Notes under the pieces: generated by a model
The model's input: only the letters and a program-made list of their open reading frames with translations
Told to the model about the DNA's origin: nothing
Database searches by the model: none
Shown: positions 57,817 to 64,000 of the stretch, piece after piece
Position numbering within the stretch: the first letter of the stretch is position 1
Layout of the letters: every line of letters starts with the position of its first letter
Made by a program: the position numbers and the translations under genes
Source of the DNA: Planctomycetota bacterium
GTDB taxonomy: Bacteria; Planctomycetota; B15-G4
Assembly: GCA_965248575.1 (NCBI GenBank)
Contig: CBDFJQ010000002.1
Location: forward strand, 224,001 to 288,000
Length of the DNA: 64,000 nucleotides
Reading direction: 5' to 3'

Positions 57817-58749
57817 ATGGGGACCCAGACTCCTCTCATCTCGTCCGTGCTGTCCGCTGCCGTGTTCGGGTTTCTCGCGGGTCCGGCTGCAAGTCTTGCC
57901 GTGGCACCAGAGCCCGCAACGCCTGTTGTTCAAGATGCTGAGGACGCCCTCACCGAGAAGTCCTTGCGGCAGCAGTTCCGAGCTGCCTACGCCTCGCCCA
58001 AGGAGGAGGCTCGCGCCGAGGCCGTGGCCACGCTGGGCAGTGCGTCCAGAAGCTTGTCGGATGGCGGCTCGAGCAAGCTCATGGCCAAGACCCTGGCGGG
58101 GGCCCTGGATGACAAGTCCATGGCCGTGCAGTCGGCGGCTGTGGCGGCGCTCACCTATGGGCGCCACGTCGAAACAGCCATCGATGTGCTGGGCGACTAC
58201 CTGCACGAACTGAAGAAGCTGAGCGAGAAGCTGGGGACACGACCCGACGAAGAGTCCCGTGATACACGCAACCAGGCTGGTCGACTCTTCACGCAGGTGT
58301 GCGTGGCCTTGGGACGACACCCGGATGATCGGTCCATGGAGGCCCTTGCGGACCAGCTGGTGAAGCTTCGCCCGCGCATGGGTGCCAGCAGCACCTCGGA
58401 GCTGTTCGTGCGCCCATTGGCCGCCGCACTGCTCGAGCTGGGCTCGCAGAAGTCCGTCGAGCATGTCATCTCGACGGTGGGGGTGTTTTCAGGCAACGCG
58501 TTGACCAATGGTGTCTCTGCGGGCACGGCGCGCTCCTTGCACGATGCCCTGACCGCGTTCTCCGAAGAACTGGGCTATGGGGCGACAGCCTTTCGGGAGA
58601 CCTACGACGTCGACTGGCGCAATTGGTTCAAGAAGCACGAGGACGAGTTGCCGACGAAGCTGGGCAAACTGAAGGACCCCATCTCTGCGCCCATGCGCAT
58701 GCCCAACAGCATGAATCGCCGCCGGCCTGGAACGCGGGAACGTCCGTAG
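57817..58749 (+). CDS. Secreted helical (HEAT-repeat-like) hypothetical protein
   Basis: Signal-like N-terminus and amphipathic helical repeats (RAEAVATLG, VQSAAVAALT). Start ATG 57817 or 57733. Confidence 0.6.
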   Translation: MGTQTPLISSVLSAAVFGFLAGPAASLAVAPEPATPVVQDAEDALTEKSLRQQFRAAYASPKEEARAEAVATLGSASRSLSDGGSSKLMAKTLAGALDDKSMAVQSAAVAALTYGRHVETAIDVLGDYLHELKKLSEKLGTRPDEESRDTRNQAGRLFTQVCVALGRHPDDRSMEALADQLVKLRPRMGASSTSELFVRPLAAALLELGSQKSVEHVISTVGVFSGNALTNGVSAGTARSLHDALTAFSEELGYGATAFRETYDVDWRNWFKKHEDELPTKLGKLKDPISAPMRMPNSMNRRRPGTRERP

Positions 58750-58752
58750 CTC

Positions 58753-59208
58753 ATGACGTCTGCCCGGCCACCGTTTCATCTGGCCTTCCCCGTGCATGAC
58801 CTCGGCTTGGCGCGCGACTTCTACGGTGGCTTGTTGGGCTGCCCCGAAGGGCGCTCCAGCGAGGCCTGGGTCGACTTCGATCTCCGTGGACATCAGATCG
58901 TTGCGCATCTCGTGCACGATGCCGTGGCTTCCGCTGCAGGGGAATCGGGAGCGGCAAGCGCGGTGGATGGGGACCAGGTTCCCGTGAGGCACTTCGGCCT
59001 GGTGCTGGGCTGGGGGGATTGGGAAGCGCTGGCACAACGGGTCGAAGACTCCAACGTCCCCTTCCTGATTGCCCCGCGCGTCCGTTTTCAGGGGCAGGCC
59101 GGGGAGCAGGGAACGTTCTTCGTTCGGGACCCGAGTGGCAATGCTCTCGAGTTCAAGGCGTTCCGGGAGGCTTCCCAACTCTTTGCACAGCGAGTGAAGG
59201 GGTCCTAG
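58753..59208 (+). CDS. VOC/glyoxalase family protein
   Basis: FHLAFPVHDL, GHQIVAH, HFGLVL and DPSGNALEFK. Confidence 0.9.
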   Translation: MTSARPPFHLAFPVHDLGLARDFYGGLLGCPEGRSSEAWVDFDLRGHQIVAHLVHDAVASAAGESGAASAVDGDQVPVRHFGLVLGWGDWEALAQRVEDSNVPFLIAPRVRFQGQAGEQGTFFVRDPSGNALEFKAFREASQLFAQRVKGS

Positions 59209-59774
59209 GAGGACCAACTCGTGAAGGTTCGCTTGAGTCGCACCTTCACACCGGGCGCATCGGGAGTCTCGCTGCTCTTCATCAGCCCCGCGTACTCGGG
59301 TGGCTGGCCGACTGCGCTCACGAGTCGCAGCCGAAGCTCCCAGCGGCCTCGCTGGCCGTTGGGGGTCCCCGACTCGTCGAGCTGGGGTGCGGGGCCGGTG
59401 ATGATCAACTCCTGCTGTTCCGCCCGCACCGTCATGGCCACCGGCAGCGACGCCCGTATGAGTTCTTCCGCAGATTCGGAGCTGCGCCAATCAAACGAAA
59501 GCCAGCTGCCGCTCCAGGCGTGCGGGTCGTCTTCGGCCTGAAGCTCCAGCCGGATCCCCCGATTGGGCAGCTCATCGGACAGTGCCCACCACCCGCCATC
59601 CATGAGCCCTGGTTCACCGCTGGCGACAGGCAGGCTCGGTTCCTGTTCCGATGTGAGCGAATGATCGAGCTGGGAGTCGGGAGAACAGTTCGCAAGAAGA
59701 CACGCGATGCTTACGACGAGGGCGAGCCTGCAGAGTTCGACGGCAGGCCCAAGGCGCAGGGAAGGTCGATGCAT
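59205..59774 (-). CDS. Hypothetical protein, probable lipoprotein
   Basis: Hydrophobic stretch ending LLANC followed by a beta-rich body; convergent 4-nt overlap with the VOC gene. Confidence 0.55.
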   Translation of the reverse strand: MHRPSLRLGPAVELCRLALVVSIACLLANCSPDSQLDHSLTSEQEPSLPVASGEPGLMDGGWWALSDELPNRGIRLELQAEDDPHAWSGSWLSFDWRSSESAEELIRASLPVAMTVRAEQQELIITGPAPQLDESGTPNGQRGRWELRLRLVSAVGQPPEYAGLMKSSETPDAPGVKVRLKRTFTSWSS

Positions 59775-60048
59775 GGGGCCCGGGTTCCGTCGTGGTGGGA
59801 GGATGCCTACTTGCGTGCGCCAGGACTCCCTGCGAGGCGGGATCGCCTGGAAGCCGTGGGGAGTCTACTTCTTGAACACCCACGCATGCCCACCCGCTCG
59901 GGGGGGGGAGTGCCGGAAGGCCCACCAATGACAGGACTGGAAGCGTCGAGCGGCATGGCGTGAGACCAATGGCCGGGCTTGCTACACTCCTGGCCCCATC
60001 TCCCGCTTCCCCGCGGGGAGGGACCGGATTCCACCCTCGGAACGCCTG

Positions 60049-60531
60049 ATGCTCTACTCAGCGACCATCGAGTACGCCCTCCGAGCCATGGCGCACATCG
60101 CCACCCTCGAAGCCGGAGAGCGCATCCTGGCGCGGGACCTGGCGGCCGCCACGAACGTCCCGCGACAATTCCTCGGCAAGATCCTCCATCGTCTTGCCCG
60201 GCTGGGACTGCTGGATTCTGCCAAGGGACGTGGGGGCGGTTTCCGGTTCAATCGACCAGCCACGGAAATCGCCGTGTCCGATGTCGTCGTGGCCTTGGAA
60301 GGTGGCGACATCATGAAGCAGTGCGTGCTGGGTCTCGACGAGTGCAACGACGACCAGCCGTGCCCGATGCACGACGAGTGGAAGGTGTTCCGGCACTCTC
60401 TCGTCGAACGGGTGTTCGCGATGCCCATCGCGATTCTCGGCGCGAACCTGAAGGCGAAGCGGGCCCTTCACCATCCCGTGCTCACGGGCGGCCAGGAGCC
60501 GCCAGCTCCGGAGAGTCCGCCTGGCAGCTGA
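60049..60531 (+). CDS. Rrf2 family transcriptional regulator with Fe-S ligand motif
   Basis: EYALRA, FLGKIL, SAKGRGGGF and CVLGLDECNDDQPCPMH. Confidence 0.93.
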   Translation: MLYSATIEYALRAMAHIATLEAGERILARDLAAATNVPRQFLGKILHRLARLGLLDSAKGRGGGFRFNRPATEIAVSDVVVALEGGDIMKQCVLGLDECNDDQPCPMHDEWKVFRHSLVERVFAMPIAILGANLKAKRALHHPVLTGGQEPPAPESPPGS

Positions 60532-60573
60532 TCCGCTTTCGGGCGCCGCTCGTTGGCGTTTTTCAGCCAGGCG

Positions 60574-61494
60574 TCAGCTGGTCTGCAGTGCAGGCAACAG
60601 CCTTGCCAGGTTGCCGCCCATGATGCGTTCCACTTCATCGGCGCTGGCGCTTGCTGCTCCCAGGGCCGCCAGCTGCTGATCTCGAATGTCGCCTCGATAG
60701 CCGCGCGGGAAGACGCTCGAATCCGTGCCGAACAAGAGGCGATCGGCGCCGTAGACATCGAGCGCCATGGCAAACACGTCTGCCAGATCGATGCGACCGG
60801 GGTGGGTTCGTATCCAGTCGTTGCTCGACGAGGTGTCGAGCATGACGTTGTCGCACTGAATGCCGAGCATCAGCGCTTCGCGCAGGAAGCCTCCCCCGAA
60901 GTGAGGGACCACGAACGTCAATTCGGGGAAGCGGTTCGCCGCCGGGACAAGCGAGAGCGGGTTGGCGAACGACAGGTCATACGGACGAGGTAGGCCGAGC
61001 AGGTCACGCAGCTTCACGGAGAGAATCCCGCAGTGCACGATGACGGGCGCCCCAGCCTGCTGTGCCATGGAGTAGATGTCATGACAACGCGGGTCGTCCG
61101 GCAGGAAGTGGTGCATGGCCGGAAAGGTGAGCAGGCCGCGGAAGCCCAACTCTGACAGGGCTCGTTGCGCGAAGTCGTTGGCGGTTGCAGCCGTGGGGTC
61201 CACGACGGTGTATGGCAGCAGCCGCCCCTTCGAACGGCGCCCAGCTTGAGCCACGGCCTCCGCTTCGGTGGGCAGGCTCGCGAAGGTCACCATGCGTTCG
61301 ACGCCGGCTGCGCCCATCTCCTCGAGCCAGCGATCGGTGTGGGCATCGATGTCGGGCCCGGGAACTTCGATGCCGGTTGCATCCGCCACTTCAGACAACA
61401 GCACCTCGTTGCTCTCGGAGCGGGGGGAGAGGGTGGCGAGCGTTTCGAAGAACGGCCGCGAGAAGAAGTGGGTATGCGCATCCTGGATCGTCAT
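60574..61494 (-). CDS. Amidohydrolase family protein (Amidohydro_2)
   Basis: DAHTH, IVHCG, PHFGGG, DTSS and LFGTDS. Confidence 0.9.
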   Translation of the reverse strand: MTIQDAHTHFFSRPFFETLATLSPRSESNEVLLSEVADATGIEVPGPDIDAHTDRWLEEMGAAGVERMVTFASLPTEAEAVAQAGRRSKGRLLPYTVVDPTAATANDFAQRALSELGFRGLLTFPAMHHFLPDDPRCHDIYSMAQQAGAPVIVHCGILSVKLRDLLGLPRPYDLSFANPLSLVPAANRFPELTFVVPHFGGGFLREALMLGIQCDNVMLDTSSSNDWIRTHPGRIDLADVFAMALDVYGADRLLFGTDSSVFPRGYRGDIRDQQLAALGAASASADEVERIMGGNLARLLPALQTS

Positions 61495-61547
61495 GGCGCT
61501 GATGATATCAGGCAGGTATGCGAGATCCCGGCTTGTAGACTGATTCC

Positions 61548-64000
61548 ATGAGCGGCGCGAGGCGGATCACGGAGGGACCACGGCAAGCTCCCTTCGCCTG
61601 CTTCCTTGCAACCCAGGCCCTGGGCGCGTTCAACGACAACGCCTTCCGCTTTGCGCTCCTGTTCACGCTCAAGGCGGCGACCGATGGCGCTGCCGAGAGC
61701 CGCCTGACAGGGATCGCCCAGGCCTTGTTCGCCCTGCCCTTTGTGCTCTTCGCGGCTTGGGCTGGAACGGCTGCGGACCGCTTCGGGAAGAGCCGTATCA
61801 TCGTCGCCTCCAAGCTGGCGGAAGTGCTCGTCATGACGGGGGGGCTCCTGGCATTCGGCAGCGGCGAGCCCGTGGCGCTGCTTGCCGTGCTGTTCCTCAT
61901 GAGCACCCAGAGCGCCTTCTTCGGCCCGGCCAAGTACGGCTGGGTGGCCGAGACCGTTCCGGAAGCCGAGCTCGCCCGGGCCAATGGCGTGGTTCAGATG
62001 ACCACCATGATCGCCATCGTCGCTGGGCAGCTGGCGGGGGGCGAACTCTTCCAACGCTCGGGTGGGTCGGTGGTCTCCTTGGCTTGGGTGTTCGTGGCGG
62101 TCGCTGGCCTGGGTTCCCTCACGGCGTACTTCGTCGGGCGCACGCCGGCGCAGCGGCCAGGGGCGCGCTTCGGGCGCAATCCTTTCGGGGATCTCGCGGG
62201 GACGTGGCGTGCCGTCCGTGCAGACCCTCGGCTGCTCTACACGATGTTGGGTATCGGGCACTTCTTCATGCTGTCGGCGCTGTTGCAGATCGATCTGCTG
62301 GACTATGGGCAGCAGGTGCTGGGCCTGGAGGCCGGTCCGTCGGCGCGCCTCGTCGCTACGGCCGTGGTGGGCATCGCGCTGGGTTCGCTGATGGCAGGGC
62401 GTTTGTCCGAAGGGCGCGTGGAGCTGGGCCTGGTTCCATTCGGCGCCCTGGTCATGAGTGTCGGCGTGTTCGCCTTGGCGCTCTGCGAGCCCATGCCGCT
62501 GAACATCCCGTTGCTGTCCGGCGTGAAGGGGATCGGCCCGTTGTTCACGGGCGGCTTGTGGCTGCCTGCCTGCCTGGTGTTGTTCACCGGGATCGCCGGC
62601 GGCTTCTTCGTGGTGCCCCTCTACGCCTTGCTGCAGCTGAGCGCTCCCACCCATGAGAAGGGCAGGTACCTGGCGTTCGGCAACCTGGTGAGCTTCCTGG
62701 GTATCGGGTTCGCCGCTCTCTTTCTCTGGCTGCCTGCCGAACTGGAGATGGGTCTTCGCGCACAGTTCAAGATGATCGCCCTGCTCTCCCTGGCGGGGAC
62801 GGTCGTCAGCCTGCGCTTGCTGCCTCATGCCTTCGTGCGCTTCCTGGCTTGGCTTCTGGCTCACAGCTTCTACCGCATCTCGGTGAGGCACGAAGACCGC
62901 CTTCCCAAGACGGGTGGCGCGCTGCTGGTGGCGAATCACGTGAGCTGGGTCGACGCCCTGATCCTCGCCGTGAGTTCCCGTCGCCAGCTGCACTTCCTGA
63001 TGCATCGCAGCTACTACGAGTGGAAGCCCACGCACTGGTTGTTCCGCATGATGGGCTGCATCCCCATCGAGTCTGGTGATTCGCCCGAGGTGGTGGAAGC
63101 CTCGCTGCGCGCCGCAGGGCAGCGCCTGGATGAGGGGCGCCTGGTGGTTATTTTCGCGGAGGGGGCCGTCACGCGTCTGGGACGCATGCTGCCCTTGCGG
63201 ACCGGCTACCAGCGCATCATGGCGGGCCGTCACTCGCCGATCATTCCGGTCCATCTGGGAGGGCTTTGGGGCAGCATCTTCAGTCACGCAGGGGGGCGCC
63301 TCCTGTGGAAGCTCCCGCGTGCCTTGCCCTATCCGGTCAGCGTGACCATCGGTGAAGCACTGGCCCCGGAGACTCCGCCCGAACAGGTCCGTGACGCCGT
63401 GCGAGCCCTGGGTGTGGAGGCCTGGGAGCAACGCGAGCATGCCGAGGAGGGTCTGGCGCGCACGCTTCGACGCAGGGGAAGGCGGAGCTTCGGCAAGCGT
63501 ATTCACGAGAGCGGGCAGCCAGCGACTTCCATCGCGCGGCTCATGGCTCAGTCAGCGCTGCTGGTGAAACCCTTGAGGCGTTCGCTGCTTGTGGCTTGTG
63601 AAGCGCGCGGGCTCAGTGCAGCTGAGTTGGGCGCCGTGGGTGTGCTCACCACACCGGGGCGGGATTCGGCGGTCCTGCTGCTCGCCCTCAGCGAACTGGC
63701 TGTGACCTCGCTGCCGCTCGACGCCCGGGAGGGCCGAGAGCTCTTGGAGCAGCGCCTGGGGGCCGCCGGCGTCCAGGTCGTGCTCTGCACCGGTGAGCTG
63801 GGCGCACCCGACATCGTGACGGTCGTTCCCGTGGGCGCCTTGCTGGATGCGCTGCGCACTCGACCCCTGCGTTGGAGGACGATGGTGGCCGGCTTGTTGC
63901 CCATGCGTTGCCTCTCCCGTCCGCGGCCCTTCGCACCGACAGCCCCTCAGCCTGCTCCCATCGAGTCCTTGGTGTTCTCCCGGGCAGGGGCTGTCCGGGC
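61548..64000 (+). CDS. Aas-like fusion: LplT-type MFS transporter, PlsC-type acyltransferase and AMP-binding-like region (3' truncated by window)
   Basis: Not in the ORF track because there is no stop in the window. From ATG 61548: TQALGAFNDN, ADRFGK, SAFFGPAKYG, then in frame NHVSWVD and IFAEG; open to 64000. Confidence 0.88.
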   Translation, partial: MSGARRITEGPRQAPFACFLATQALGAFNDNAFRFALLFTLKAATDGAAESRLTGIAQALFALPFVLFAAWAGTAADRFGKSRIIVASKLAEVLVMTGGLLAFGSGEPVALLAVLFLMSTQSAFFGPAKYGWVAETVPEAELARANGVVQMTTMIAIVAGQLAGGELFQRSGGSVVSLAWVFVAVAGLGSLTAYFVGRTPAQRPGARFGRNPFGDLAGTWRAVRADPRLLYTMLGIGHFFMLSALLQIDLLDYGQQVLGLEAGPSARLVATAVVGIALGSLMAGRLSEGRVELGLVPFGALVMSVGVFALALCEPMPLNIPLLSGVKGIGPLFTGGLWLPACLVLFTGIAGGFFVVPLYALLQLSAPTHEKGRYLAFGNLVSFLGIGFAALFLWLPAELEMGLRAQFKMIALLSLAGTVVSLRLLPHAFVRFLAWLLAHSFYRISVRHEDRLPKTGGALLVANHVSWVDALILAVSSRRQLHFLMHRSYYEWKPTHWLFRMMGCIPIESGDSPEVVEASLRAAGQRLDEGRLVVIFAEGAVTRLGRMLPLRTGYQRIMAGRHSPIIPVHLGGLWGSIFSHAGGRLLWKLPRALPYPVSVTIGEALAPETPPEQVRDAVRALGVEAWEQREHAEEGLARTLRRRGRRSFGKRIHESGQPATSIARLMAQSALLVKPLRRSLLVACEARGLSAAELGAVGVLTTPGRDSAVLLLALSELAVTSLPLDAREGRELLEQRLGAAGVQVVLCTGELGAPDIVTVVPVGALLDALRTRPLRWRTMVAGLLPMRCLSRPRPFAPTAPQPAPIESLVFSRAGAVR

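Noticed and set aside
59900..59908. G9 run upstream of the Rrf2 gene
   Set aside because: It is intergenic and not between recognisable promoter elements, so there is no support for phase variation.
61491..63506. 671-aa minus-strand ORF in the track
   Set aside because: It is the antisense shadow of the plus-strand Aas-like gene, which the track omits because it has no stop codon in the window.
1..64000. CRISPR arrays, tRNA/rRNA genes, transposases, integrases, phage or defence genes
   Set aside because: I saw no regularly spaced direct repeats, RNA gene signatures or mobile-element motifs. This was a by-eye reading, and short or diverged elements could be missed.

Overview
High-GC bacterial chromosomal window; the taxon cannot be determined from the sequence alone. 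It is almost fully protein-coding, and I found no rRNA, tRNA, CRISPR array or mobile element. From left to right: (1) the end of an OmpR-type two-component pair and a ZIP transporter; (2) a divergent locus at 2.1-13.7 kb, where a minus-strand operon (GT2 synthase-like enzyme, priming phosphoglycosyl transferase, a doubly degenerate nucleotidyltransferase/PGT fusion, an atypical hybrid kinase, Hpt) faces a plus-strand partner-switching module (STAS, RsbW-like kinase, REC-PP2C phosphatase, STAS) followed by glycogen phosphorylase; (3) AI-2E and NCS2-like transporters, fdhD and a Thr-type sulfatase-fold lipoprotein; (4) a complete 14-gene nuoA-N complex I operon with a short NuoG; (5) a ~19.5 kb surface-glycan locus with Wzm/Wzt, four glycosyltransferase genes, four sulfotransferase-family genes (one degenerate), a methyltransferase, a pyruvyltransferase, a serine hydrolase and WecB; (6) M28 peptidase, HIT, FadE, Rieske ferredoxin, VOC, Rrf2, amidohydrolase and an Aas-like MFS/acyltransferase fusion that runs off the window. 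The best candidates for an undescribed system are the partner switch linking glycogen breakdown to polysaccharide initiation, with its built-in pseudoenzymes, and the ABC-exported sulfated glycan locus. A recurring TAnnnT-N6/7-ATG signature suggests leaderless mRNAs. All functional calls come from motif reading by eye; no database searches were run.
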